A stretch of DNA of 42,743 nt from Macrostomum lignano. Its lineage: Eukaryota. Positions 11,601 to 23,280 of the stretch are shown one piece after another. Position numbers and translations under genes: made by a program. Position 1 is the stretch's first letter. Each line of letters starts with the position of its first letter. The stretch is from contig NIVC01001656.1 in NCBI GenBank assembly GCA_002269645.1, positions 1 to 42,743 on the forward strand, given 5' to 3'. The notes beneath the pieces were generated by a model, which did no database searches, was not told the origin of the DNA, and saw only the letters and a list, made by a program, of their open reading frames with translations.

Positions 11601-14082
11601 TGGAAAGGCTTTGAGGACTGAAGTTCGCCAACTCCCCCGTGGAGCTGACTTTCTCAGTCGGCTTACCTTCAGACTCTCCTCCAGAGTCTCAATGCCCGCC
11701 GCCACTGCCTTGAACAACTCATTTGTCAGCTTCTCTGCCAGCGTCTTTGTGCCAACAATATCCTTTGGCAGCTGGCTGAAGTGCGGATCGTTTCTGAAAT
11801 AATCCTCCTCGATTTTGGCCACCTCGCTCAGACTAATGTTGTTCCTGAGCTCCTTGGGGCTGCGGCATTTCACCATGACAAAGCCTTTGTGCAGTCGCAC
11901 TCTGCCTTGGTTGTTGACGATGGCTTTGATGTCCTCCTCGCTGCCAGGGTTGGTCAGGTCCGGGCAAGTCAGGACTCCGATCGTCCTGGTGCCCCCTGGG
12001 TCCACCTGTTTGGCTAGAGCAATGGCCTCCACTGTCTCGATGTCCACGCTGCAGGGTACAACAACCAGGATGATCACCTGGTCCTGGCTGATGTAAGACA
12101 GAATCAGCTGCTTGGTGACCTCGTTGATCTTCGGATTCTTCTCAGAGTACCTGGCAATGCCGGGCAGGTCAACCAGGGTGAGGTCGGACACATCCGCGCT
12201 CTCAATGGTCAGGTCGATCTGCTCCGTAGACACGCCGTTCGAGTCGCCAGTGATTTCGTTTTGTACTTTGCGCACCATTTCGTCTACTTCACATTTTTTC
12301 GATATTTTACGCTCGACGTGCTCGCCCTTGCGATTTTGGTAGCTGTTGTCAGGGGTTGGAAGGGTGTCTTGTCAGAAAAGGCTCTTAGGAGAGCAGGAAA
12401 CGACACTTGTGAAATTACAGCTGGTTAACTTTGAAGACATTGGAATGACTTTTGAAATACTTTAACCCATGTATCTTTGTAATTTTGCAGCCTGGAGTAC
12501 TGGAAGAACGTTTTCTCGACGAAGGCAAATGATGTGCTGCCCAGCAGCAGTTTACAAAGGGGATGTGAACTTAAGAGTAAAAATGGAGTTCGAAACATTC
12601 GGTCCTGATTTTTCTACGCCAATCCCTTCATTTGGAGCCAAAAAGCTGCCGTCATGCGAAAACCCGAACACTTTAGCATTTGGGGATCTCTATGGGGAGA
12701 AATGGTTGTGGGGGAGCTTTGCACCTTTGACACGATATAAATGTGCGAAAATGATGTTTACCACCCTCCGTCTCAAAACTTCGGGTTAACCTCCGCTTCG
12801 TCGAGGTAGAAATCGTCGGTCTAATATGTGTGATACAAACCCCCCTTGACGAGAGCTGGGGTGGGGAAGATAACATAAACATTATTAAGAAACAACATAA
12901 TGGGGGCATTAAATAACATTACTATCGCTCCTATTCTTCCTACAAACATGAAAAGTGCCAAAAGGGGAGCGTATATTATGGTCATCTCGTTTTTTAAGCG
13001 TTTGAAGCTCCAAATGAAGGCATTGGCGTAGAGAAACCGGGACCCAATGCTTCATGCTCCATTCTGGAACCTGAAGTTCACATGAATTCTTCCCCATTAA
13101 TCCCATTTCTCCTCATAGGGATCCTCAAATGCTAAAGTGGTCGGGTTTTCGGCATAACGGCAGCTGTTTGGCTCCAAATGAAGGGATTAGCGTAGAGAAA
13201 CCAGGACAGAATGTTTCGGGCTCCATTTTTGAATCCCAAGTTCACATCCCATTTACTTTTCAACTTGACTTTTTATTTCAATCTAAAGTGCCTGCTAGTT
13301 TTCAGCAGAAAGGAAGCTAGTTCATTTCGGGCCTGTGCGGCCACATTTATTTGGGACAAATATTGGCCAGTTGGTTGTCCGTGTGGGGCCCCTGTGCACC
13401 TTGTGTGAGTGTGTGGGAGTTGCGTGCCTGTGTACATTACTGGCGCTCTTGTATGTACTCAGGGGTCAGTAGAAAGGGCAGAATAGCCTCATTGCTGGTA
13501 TTTCATATCATGCAGTGTAATTGAGAAAATGTTTTTTAGCAAGACAAATACCCGCGCTGTCAAATCTGTCAAAATTTGCTAATATTTGCAAGATATTTTT
13601 TATGTGCATTTAATGTCAATTCAGAAAGGAGTTCTAAGAAGGTGAATTGATAGAACTATAAAAATGCTCACCTAATCCTACCAGTCCAGTCTCCAGTTGG
13701 CTTTGAGCGCATGCTCAGCTGCAGCGGGCAGCGAGTCACAATTCCGGTACCGCGCGGCAAGTCCACGCCCGAGATGGCCTCCAGCACGCTGGATTTGCCT
13801 ACCGATTGGTCGCCCACAACGGCTACTGTGGGCAGGCGGAGCTCATTTTGTAGGCCGTGCGACCGGAGACGATCGATGCTGTTCAGCACTGGCCGGATTC
13901 GCTCGCGATACTGCTGACTGAGCGCTGGAGTGAACGTCTTGGAGGCGTCTGCAGCAGCGCTTAGCAACACAGTCTCAGTGGCATCGGGGCTCTTGACCTG
14001 TTTCGCCGGGGTCGGGCCATCGGAGGACTTGTGCTGCTGTGGGAGAAAAGGTAGTATTGTTCGTACTGCTAGTAGTAGTAAC

Positions 14083-14126
<44 letters not shown>

Positions 14127-14244
14127 CAGTGGAAAAGTAGTAGTCTTTTACTGAAATGTAGCGCGGTAAATTTTATGACTGAGCACTACAAAAATGATTT
14201 ACCCGCTTGTTTGACGACAAATTTGGCGAACTCCGCGATGACAT
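5625..14244 (-). CDS. Mx-like dynamin-family GTPase, copy A (~697 aa); exons 14244-14203, 14036-13672, 12342-11667, 11078-10835, 6500-6074, 5964-5625
   Basis: [31 protein letters not shown] (TRCPL is Mx-type), [21 protein letters not shown] and a C-terminal GED (AYL...RISDTVPM...LLRE); no PH or proline-rich domain. Six exons total 2094 nt in frame, with GT-AG junctions. Confidence 0.88.
6528..6670 (-). repeat. 3' LTR (143 bp) of the gypsy element
   Basis: Bounded by the PPT and the TSD; 6588-6670 matches 10545-10627 with 3 mismatches in 83 nt. Confidence 0.85.
7154..9906 (-). pseudogene. pol: Gypsy pol: aspartic protease, RT, RNase H and integrase, disrupted
   Basis: PDTGS (protease), HIVDDCII (RT), LHTDAS and TDHKPL (RNase H), HQG...CKAC (integrase Zn finger), D-D-E in VHADF/WSDSG/GRAEAAV. 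Frameshift near 8320 and in-frame TAA at 7886-7888. Confidence 0.9.
9915..10140 (-). pseudogene. gag: Gag nucleocapsid remnant with two CCHC zinc knuckles
   Basis: [14 protein letters not shown] and [14 protein letters not shown] (CX2CX4HX4C); the upstream gag region is missing. Confidence 0.85.
10151..10502. mobile_element. MITE (352 bp) with ~121-bp terminal inverted repeats, nested in the gypsy element
   Basis: 10151-10271 is the reverse complement of 10381-10502 (one indel); termini CATGG...CCATG; 8-bp TSD TTCTAACC at 10143-10150 and 10503-10510. Confidence 0.88.
10545..10627 (-). repeat. 5' LTR remnant (83 bp)
   Basis: Direct repeat of 6588-6670; the rest of the LTR, the PBS and most of gag appear deleted. 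Confidence 0.8.
11291..11640 (+). mobile_element. hAT-like MITE relic with GA-rich core in Mx-A intron 3
   Basis: Ends ggcagcaaactt ... gaagttcgccaactc resemble GGCAAACTT...AAGTTTGCC-type hAT MITE ends; related copies at 18057-18268 and 21200-21485. Confidence 0.45.
12560..13253. repeat. Long imperfect inverted repeat (arms ~12560-12710 and ~13100-13253), probable foldback/MITE, in Mx-A intron 2
   Basis: The reverse complement of 12585-12705 aligns to 13103-13220 at roughly 85% by eye; a further direct copy of part of the arm lies at ~13006-13083. Not present at the equivalent position of Mx-B. Confidence 0.7.
13310..13500 (+). mobile_element. Degenerate tRNA-derived SINE (family 2) in Mx-A intron 2
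   Basis: Body ttgtgtgagtgtgt...tgcgtgcctgtgtaca..actggcgctc is shared with 19279-19530 and with the reverse complement of 25250-25535. Confidence 0.5.
14070..14128. repeat. (TAG)n microsatellite in Mx-A intron 1
   Basis: Direct reading; a degenerate counterpart is in Mx-B intron 1 (~20115-20175). Confidence 0.9.
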
Positions 14245-14540
14245 TTCAGGTTTGTATAGTACGTCTGCTATACAGAATCCAAAAAATGAGTTGCGTTTTC
14301 GAAACTCAAAGTCAGAGAAAACAAATTGCCGGCAGGGCAAAATATTTTGAATAAGAACAACGGGCAGTACAGTGCATATTCACACTCCCATTTAAGCACT
14401 GATACACCACTGTCCGTTGGAATTTCTACAGGGAACGATAATGATAAACTGTACACCCTTTTCATCCATGTACATACGCTCGTATAATGAACTGCGCCAA
14501 AAATTTCCAAAAGATTCCTGCAGATGTGCGTGTGAACTAT

Positions 14541-14549
14541 TTCCTGGAA
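14541..14549. promoter_or_regulatory. GAS/STAT-type palindrome TTCCTGGAA ~300 bp upstream of the Mx-A ATG
   Basis: Exact match to TTCYNRGAA; function untested. Confidence 0.4.
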
Positions 14550-14654
14550 ACCTGTTTTTTCTGTGCTTTTTTTCTCGCAGTAAGAGCTAGTTTCATGTGC
14601 ACCCTTCGTACTACTGACATGTTACGAAGGGTGGCATCAGTATGCCTAAGTGTA

Positions 14655-14806
<152 letters not shown>

Positions 14807-16371
14807 ACACGTAAATAGCACATGCAGCGCATGGCAAAGCTTCAGCAGCTCCCATCCATTTCAGCCAGAGATCAAAGGCGAGGCTGCAATTTGACCTGGA
14901 CGGTTGACAAGCGGAGACGGCCGGCCGGCGAATTCTTAATGAGCCCAGCGCGGAGGCCGCTCCTGAGGAGGAGCCGCAGTGCAGGCCCGGGACCGACGCC
15001 CAGCCCCGACCTGGCGTGGCAACTGAGGGGTGGATGCGTTGGCCGGCCCGCACAGAAGGACAGTAAACGAACGCAGAACTGAGCTCTCCCCTGACGCTCT
15101 AACGCAACCAGAGCAACTCCGCAGTCTAACCGTCCAGCCCCCGCCCCCGTAGTAACGGGCCATGTCTAGTGCTGTTTTAATTGCATGCGCTGTTTGTGTA
15201 AACCCTGCCGTCGTTAGGAAAGCGGCTCCCCATCTCATCGACGGCAAGGGATGAAATTGTAGAAAACTCATAAATCCTAAAGAAGCCCTAAGAGGCACGC
15301 TAATCCTTTCGGTTTTGAAGTTTAAAATGTGTAGACAAAGAGAAGCATCTCCGGTAGTTGTCTTTTGTTCCACCGCTGTCTGATGGCAGAAGATAACCGG
15401 TGTTTAAAACATCGAAAACATCGCGTTATGCATGCATTGTTGCTGTGTATTTTGTTATTGGCAGAAAGACGAACTTTGCATCGGACATTTCTGTGAATAT
15501 AACAGCAATTCATATCTGGTCGCTATTTTTGTTCTGCGTATTTGCTTTAGGTTGGCATTTGAAGCTTGAAATGAAAGCTAAACACATGTGTCGGAAGAAA
15601 TAACAATGATATCCAAACACAAATAGCTTTCCCTAATTTAATATAATTTTAGGACACTGCAGTTGCAATAGGAAAATTTGCTCAACTCGAAATTTTAACA
15701 AAGTGTATTTAATAACAAGTTAAATTTGTTTGCTTTAGAGATTATTCCTTTTCATGACTTCTTGAGGCAAGTATTGCAATAGTTTACGAAGAAAAGAGAA
15801 CAAAACATGCTCAAGTGCGAATTTTAATAAATAGATTACGATTAGAGACGTGTTTAACCATGCTTTTAGATCATTAAAACTATCATAAAACTATCATAAA
15901 GATCATACAAACATAAAAACTTTTAGATTATTAAGATTTATTGTGAAATGGAATTCCTGCATTAAATACTAATAAAAACTGATCGTGCTGCAATACAATT
16001 AAAAAATTGAAGCTGCTTAAAAACTCCGCCCAAGCTTACAAGACTTGGTTAAAAAAATGGTTATAAATGGATACAGGCAGATGAGTACTGTAAGTAGTTG
16101 ATAAACATTTTCGGGTATTTTTTGAGACATTTCTAATAAAGTTTTCCGTTCCTGCAGAGTTGAAGAGTTCCGAGATACGCTTGTAGTTGGGGTCGTCAGG
16201 GTTATTTCTAAAGTATCAAATTGTTCAGTCGGGGTCGAGGTGGCATGTAGCTACCATTCAAAAGTACTTTTGTTAGTCTCCGTTCAAAGGTCACTTCAAA
16301 GATAGTTAAAATAAATTTAGGTAAATTCGTGTTCGCATGAACAGTCTTCCATTTTTCATCTCAAATATGTC

Positions 16372-19300
16372 TCAGTCCTCCAGCAGCATGCGGTTCTGCT
16401 TGGCGCTCTGCAGCTCCTTCCGGGACTCGTGCATCTGACAAGCAGCCTGAGTCAGGTAGCGCCTCCTCCGCTGCCTGCCCTCCTTCTCTCGCAGCAGATC
16501 CAGGATGTCCACCTGGTGGCTGGCGCCGGCAAACAGTCGGGTTATCTCGGCAACCAGCTTTGTGGCCACGCCGTCGAGCATGTGGCACAGCACGGACATT
16601 GGCACCGTGTCCGAGATGCGCTGACAGGCCAGCAGCAGGTAGGCTTTGGTTCCCAGGCGAATTTGCTCCTCATGTGACGGCTCGCTTGAGGCTCGGCTCA
16701 CTTGAGGCTCGGCTCTCTTGAAGCCCCCTTGAGACGCCCTTGTGGTTGGGCTTGCTTGAGGCTCGCAAGAGAATCGGATCGGCTGTGATGCTGCCGGGGC
16801 TCCGAAACCCGAAAAAAAGGTTGGGCTGAAAAACGGAACCTCCTCTTTTACATTGGATATATAATAACTATTCCATTTGTAGTGTTTTTAGATCCAAATG
16901 TGAGAGGCATAGCCAGGAGTTTCGTAGTAGCTAGGGACGCTTCTTTGAGTGCGAGGAACAAGGGGCGTCAGCTCCTAAAATCCTTCGTTAAACGCCCAAT
17001 TAAAGCAGTTACTTACGGAGGAACAGGTTGCTTAGCCAACTCCTTTTGTTGCTCTGTAACGTAACGCAGTTTTTCCGAAAACTGGCTGTCCTGAGTGAAC
17101 AAGCGACGCTCGTGTGCAATCAGCTTAGCCAGGTCTGCACGACACTCAGCCTCTTGTGCTTCGATCGCCTTGACAACAGTTTCTTTCACAAGTAGCAGCA
17201 GCCTTGGAAACGCTTTGAAACAATTTTCGGCCAGGTTTTCAAGCGTTTTAGTAACTTGAGACTGCACCTCACCGAGTAGCCACTTCGCCAGGTATTCTAT
17301 TTTTGGCAAATATTCTTCGAATACAATCTTCTGAACAACAGGGAACACAAATGTGAAAGTCGGAAGCTCGCGTCCTCTTCTAAGCTGCACCTCGTCGGAC
17401 ACACCATTGGGCACTTTTTTTGAGTAGTCAATGATCCAGGCTGAAATAAAATGTTCGCCATGGACGTCAAGCAACGTCGAGTTCGCGTGGCCAGTTTAGC
17501 ATAAAGAATGAAATTTTATAATGTGCATGGACTTTGTGCTAAAAAAGTCGCCGATTATGATACATGGTTGTTACAAGTATTTACAACTAAAATCTATATT
17601 TCGCATAGAAGCGCCCCGTGCGCCAGGAAACTCGTAATCAATAAACAACTCACCAGGCTGGCTCCTGCTCACAGAGTAGCCAAAGCTGGAACAATTAGTC
17701 AGACAGCTGCTGTACAGACTGCTGGAGCTGCCCGTGGCGAATGCGTCCCGCTCATCTTCTGGACTGGCCGTGGCGGCGTGTACTTTTGAGGCAAACTGCT
17801 GCAGCTTGCGCATCAGGTAGGCTCTCTTGTCGCTGTCGGTCTCGCACAGGCTGTCCTCCAGGTCTTTCAGCTCCTCTTCGTAGTCCTTCAGCTTGCTCTG
17901 TGAGAAATAAATTTTTAAATTTAGTTCAGTTTGCGAGCTGTCAAATCAAAACGATTACGTGTACATTCGGTTGACCCTAAGCACGCATGCGCACATGAAA
18001 ACAAGCGCCAAATAGAAATCTGACCTGAAAGCATTCAGCCACATCAAGTCTTATATCAGAAGAGACAGGGTTAGTCGATTAGAGGTGATAGGAGGGAGTA
18101 AAAAAGAAAAGAGAGGGGAGAGAGAGGAAAGAGAAAATATGGGAGAGAGGAGAAAAGAGCTGAGAAAATACATAAACCTTGAGTGGGCGGGATCGCATAT
18201 AAAGTATTTAAAGTATTTAAAGGCCGGATGGAAAGGCTTTGAGGACCGAAGTTCGCCAACTCCCCCGTGGAGCTGACTTTCTCAGTTGGCTTACCTTCAG
18301 ACTCTCCTCCAGAGTCTCAATGCCCGCCGCCACTGCCTTGAACAACTCATTTGTCAGCTTCTCTGCCAGCGTCTTTGTGCCAACAATATCCTTTGGCAGC
18401 TGGCTGAAGTGCGGATCGTTTCTGAAATAATCCTCCTCGATTTTGGCCACCTCGCTCAGACTAATGTTGTTCCTGAGCTCCTTGGGGCTGCGGCATTTCA
18501 CCATGACAAAGCCTTTGTGCAGTCGCACTCTGCCTTGGTTGTTGACGATGGCTTTGATGTCCTCCTCGCTGCCAGGGTTGGTCAGGTCCGGGCAAGTCAG
18601 GACTCCGATCGTCCTGGTGCCCCTTGGGTCCACCTGTTTGGCTAGAGCAATGGCCTCCACTGTCTCGATGTCCACGCTGCAGGGTACAACAACCAGGATG
18701 ATCACCTGGTCCTGGCTGATGTAAGACAGAATCAGCTGCTTGGTGACCTCGTTGATCTTCGGATTCTTCTCAGAGTACCTGGCAATGCCGGGCAGGTCAA
18801 CCAGGGTGAGGTCGGACACATCCGCGCTCTCAATGGTCAGGTCGATCTGCTCCGTAGATACGCCGTTCGAGTCGCCAGTGATTTCGTTTTGTACTTTGCG
18901 CACCATTTCGTCGACTTCACATTTTTTCGATATTTCACGCTCGACGTGCTCGCCCTTGCGATTTTGGTAGCTGTTGTCGGGGGTTTGTAGGTAGGAAATC
19001 ACACTTTCTAACTAAAAAGTCAGCTAGTGTTGAAATACTTTAAACAGTGAATATTCCACTTCTTGTAATGTTGCAGCCTGGAACACAGCACACGAAGAAC
19101 GTCTTTTGGACGAAGTCGAGATTTTCTGCGCTCCAAGCTCCAAAATAACAGCCGCGAAATTTTATAGTTTAAGGCTTTCCAAAAGCAGAACTTTTAAAGT
19201 TCACTTTTAAACATTGATTTTTAGCTTTCAACCCGATTTTTCAGCGAGTTTTCAGCAGAAAGCAAAGTACTTCATAGCGGGGCTGAGCAGCTCAGCATTA

Positions 19301-20246
19301 AACGCTCTGACGATCCCTGGCTCGATTCTGTGTGAGCCAACATTCATTTGGGACAAAAGTTGACCGGTGGGTTGTCACTTGTCAGTTAAGGGCTGCATGT
19401 ACACCCTATGTGAGTGTGTGTATGAGTTGCGTGCCTGTGTACATCACTGGCGCTCTAGTATGTGTTTAGGGGTCAGTGGAAAAGGGCAAAATTGCCTCAT
19501 CGCTGGTTGTGGGACGACGTTGCACCAGATTATTTCATTTCCTGCAGCGTCAATCGAGAACAAGAGAATGTTTTTAGCAGGATGAATAGCCGTGCCAGTA
19601 AGTTTAAAAAAATTTTCTAATATTTATGAGTAATTTTTTTCTTCTTACTTAAATTTTCGGTCAGAAAGGAGTTCTAAGAAGGTGAATTTATAGAACTATA
19701 AAAATGCTCACCTAATCCTGCCAGTCCAGTCTCCAGTCGGCTTTGAGCGCATGCTCAGCTGCAGCGGGCAGCGAGTCACAATGCCGGTACCGCGCGGCAA
19801 GTCCACGCCCGAGATGGCCTCCAGCACGCTGGATTTGCCTACCGATTGGTCGCCCACAACGGCTACTGTGGGCAGGCGGAGCTCATTTTGTAGGCCGTGC
19901 GACCGGAGACGATCGATGCTGTTCAGCACTGGCCGGATTCGCTCGCGATACTGCTGACTGAGCGCTGGAGTGAACGTCTTGGAGGCGTCTGCAGCAGCGT
20001 TTAGCGACACAGTCTCAGTGGCATCAGGGCTCTTGACCTGTTTCGCCGGGGTCGAGCCATTAGAGGACTTGTGCTGCTGTGGGAGTAGAAGTATGTTCGT
20101 ACTTTCGGTAAAAGTAATGGTAGTAGTATTAATAATAGTAATAATAGCAGTAGTAGTAGTAGAAGTAGTAGTAATACCCTCTTGTTTGACGACGAACTTG
20201 ACGTTGACGAACTTGACGAATGGTGTGACGAACTCTGCGATGACAT
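16372..20246 (-). CDS. Mx-like dynamin-family GTPase, copy B (~743 aa); exons 20246-20178, 20076-19712, 18970-18295, 17897-17654, 17440-17017, 16825-16372
   Basis: Same motifs and intron phases as copy A; exons 2-4 have identical lengths (365, 676, 244 nt); total 2232 nt in frame ending in TGA. Confidence 0.9.
18057..18268 (+). mobile_element. 5'-truncated copy of the hAT-like GA-rich MITE in Mx-B intron 3
   Basis: Paralogous to 11291-11640 with a deletion of the left end. Confidence 0.45.
19279..19530 (+). mobile_element. tRNA-derived SINE (family 2) in Mx-B intron 2
   Basis: A-box-like agcagctcagc and B-box-like ggctcgattct, followed by a body homologous to 25250-25535 (reverse complement). 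Confidence 0.6.
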
Positions 20247-20575
20247 TTGAGGTTGATACGAGCTATTATGTCAACTGTACAGAATCGCAAAACTTAATAG
20301 AGTTTTTGAAATTCAAAGTTAAATTAGACGAAATACTGAGTGGGCAGAATGTATAAACCCTAAAAATGCAGTGAGAATAAGAACAGTGGGCAGGAAAGCG
20401 TATATATACACTCGCATTTGTGCACTGAAACATCATTGCACGTTTTTTTCTAGAGTGTACGTTTTTGATCAGCGTATTTTTTATCAGTATAGCTACACTA
20501 TACACTCCGCTCATAAGTGTACATGCGCGAAAGAGCGTAGATCTAAAATGTGCATACCAAGAAAAGCTCTCAAAT

Positions 20576-20926
20576 TTCCTAGAAATAAATTTCTGCAGAT
20601 TTCCACAAACTGTTTCGTACGAGCGTAAAATTGTTTTTTTCGTTGTACTTTTCCCGCAGTAAGAGCTCTACTAATGACATGTTGCTTGCGTGATGTTTTA
20701 AAGCAAGTTGTTACGAGCGTAGTTTTGATAAAAAGTGAATTCGCGTTTAGTGTATCAACTTACGATAGTCAAACGTCTGATGCAGTTGAAAGCTTAGCAA
20801 GTACACTTTGATATCTAACTTACATGGTAGGCAAAAATTTCCAAGAAATTCCAACAGAAGTACTCTTATTCTGATTCCTAGAAATCTCTGCAATATTAAT
20901 GTGATATAAGCGTCCTTTTCTTGGAA
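20576..20926. promoter_or_regulatory. Cluster of four GAS/STAT-type palindromes upstream of Mx-B
   Basis: TTCCTAGAA 20576-20584, TTCCAAGAA 20839-20847, TTCCTAGAA 20875-20883, TTCTTGGAA 20918-20926; each is followed by AT. Confidence 0.55.
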
Positions 20927-21199
20927 ATTGTGTCCTAGTCTAGGTTCTGCTCGTTCCGTGGTTTTTTGTATGCTATGAGGAACTAACATGGTGGTATTCA
21001 TTTTTCACGAGTGGTGAAGCCACGAGTGACTTACATTAATCATCGTCCATGACAAAACCATATGCACAACGCAGCACAAGCACAAGAATGTTTTTTCAAC
21101 ACATTTTCATACTTTACGTATTATTTCTAGATACAATGTGCAACTGTTACGATCTAAAAAATGGAACGTTTGAATTTTCAAATTTCAGCACTTTCTCTC

Positions 21200-21485
21200 G
21201 AGTCAGAGTTGGTCAGCAAACTTCGGCCCGCGGGCCACATGTGACCCACCAAGCCTCTCTATCGGGCCCTGGAGTACTAAGGCTTGCTTAATTAGCTTAT
21301 GTCTCAACTCAGCTCTCTTCTCTTTCCAATCTTCTCTCTTCTCTAGCTCTCCCCCCCCTATCCTTTTATCTTTTCTCTCGCCTCTTATCTCTCCTCCAAT
21401 CCTTCTCCTTAAGTCTCGTATCTGGCTCGCAGGCATGAGCTGGATTTTTTATCTGGGCCTTAAGGTAAAAAAGTTTGCCTGGAGC
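21200..21485 (-). mobile_element. hAT-like MITE relic with CT-rich core
   Basis: ggtcagcaaacttcggcccgcgggcc ... aaaaagtttgcc ends; same family as the 11291-11640 element, in opposite orientation. Confidence 0.5.
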
Positions 21486-21734
21486 CGTGATGTCGACCAG
21501 CACCTCCTGAATAGGCCTTTTCATTAGTAGATTTGAATGTCAGAAAACGGTTTGGCTCGTCAAGTATTTATTCATAAACTTTTTAACTGCCCCAGGTGTT
21601 TTTATTTGATGCGCAATTCAACGAAAAAAACGTACAATTGCAATCCACTTTAGACTGGATGCAGACCCGCAATTAAAAGCGTCGTATTGGCAGCTCAAAC
21701 ACAACAACTAATGTTACTCCAAGAGCTGTTCAGG

Positions 21735-22524
21735 ATGGCAATGCAAGGCTTACAAATCACATTGCTAATTCAGTTTATACTCTGTGATCAGTTTTTGACA
21801 GCTGGCTTCAACGAGCAAGAGTTTCACTCGATTCACGGCAGTTTGTGCGTAAAAGCATCTATACGGAGATTCACTCAAATTGCAATTCAACAAACAAAAT
21901 TAACAAAATTAAATGTGCGCGGCTCTGTGCACCAGAAACCGGCGCTGCCAGGCGTTCAGCCTGGCTGACGGTCCGTGCCAGCTGTTCGTGTTTGACAAGT
22001 GCAGCAAGTCGGTGAGGGACTGCGGCTGCTCCAGGAGAGGCCGGGTGTTTGTGAAGCAGCAGCCGGGACTCGAGGCGGGCGCGCTGTGTCCGTCTTGCTA
22101 CGGAGACGACCTGTGCGGAGCAAAGTACAGGCTGCACTTCGGTTCAAGGAACTGGTCGATGAGTAGACAGAAATGTGAGTCGGAGAGCGGTCTGGTGATC
22201 ATGGCGGATGTTACTGACACCGCAGAGATGAGCAGAGTGAACATCATGTACAAGACATATTGCCCTGGAGGTCAGTTCTGGCTTGGTGGGTACCAAAAAC
22301 CTGGCAGTCTGGAGCCTGGAGAAGGTTGGCACTGGGTCGCCTGCAACATTTCCTTGGACAAAAGTCTGTGGAGCTCTCGCCAGCCAGACAACTATGGAAG
22401 TGAAAATTCTGTCGCAAGATTTGGAACTGCTTTTCCTGGTCTAGTGGACTTCAATGAAGCTGCAAGTGATTTTGCTTCTAAAGGATTTGGAGTGCTGTGC
22501 GAATGTATTTCTCCCTTTAACTAA
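21735..22524 (+). CDS. Secreted PAN/Apple-like plus C-type lectin protein with one frameshift at ~21912 (pseudogene or sequencing error)
   Basis: Hydrophobic leader MAMQGLQITLLIQFILC, PAN-like CAALCTRNRRCQAF..C, and CTLD motifs NWSMSRQKC, FWLGG, WHW, QPDN, VLCEC. Removing one A at 21911-21913 joins the two ORFs; no AG acceptor is available to splice around it. Confidence 0.7.
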
Positions 22525-22964
22525 ATTTTGATTAACTGAATTATGAAAGTAATTATGAATTTTTTCACGGTTTGCCTTTTTAAAGTTTTGGTTTGAGGCT
22601 GACATGCCATTCTCTCACGTTGTTCTTGCATGAATATACATAATAAACTAATCAAATACATGTATCTACACCTATTCACCCGCAAAGTCCTTATCAAATC
22701 CAATTTAGTTCTAAAAACTACTGTAAGCTCAGCTTAGAGGTTGTAACGTTGACCTTACATCATATGTCATCACGAATCATATGTACATCACGGACTCGCT
22801 TATTGAAGACGCGACACGCACACACGCTTCGTATATTTTCGCCCTCACATAGGCATAGAATATTCTTAGTTCTCAAGTAGTCTGTGATGCACATCAAGTA
22901 AAGACGCTGGTACACACGTAAATCTTAGAAATGCACCGCAATGTGTAACGCTCGACGAGGATGT

Positions 22965-23280
22965 TTATCTCTCTCTGGTGTCATTTTGACGGAGGACGTT
23001 GGTGACCACGGTCTTCCACGAAGCACGGTCCATTGAGACGTGGAGTATTTCCAGGGTGTTCAAGTCTATTCATTGTGATTAATGAGACAAGGTTTTTCAA
23101 TGTCTCTCCCGGTCACTTTTTCCTTCAATCTTCCCAGTCACTGACAGCTGCTCGATTCTTCCCTTCCTCATAATATGCCTCATAATATGCCCAAAGAACT
23201 ACACCTGGCGTCTCCGAATGTTTGCCGTCAACTTCCTTCTGCAGCCAGCTCTTTGCAGAACATCCTTATTCGCCGAATTA
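22965..23280 (-). mobile_element. 3' fragment of an RTE-type non-LTR retrotransposon
   Basis: Degenerate translation NKDVLQRAGCRRKLTANIRRRQV*FFGHIMR..GRIEQLSVTGKIEG...DRASWKTVVTNVLRQ is typical of the RTE ORF C-terminus. Confidence 0.7.

Noticed and set aside
14250-14600. ISRE/IRF sites in the Mx promoters
   Set aside because: No GAAANNGAAA match seen upstream of either copy; isolated GGAA cores are too common to call ETS sites.
14822-15130. GC-rich segment at the duplication junction as an exon
   Set aside because: The best frame has an internal TGA and no recognisable homology.
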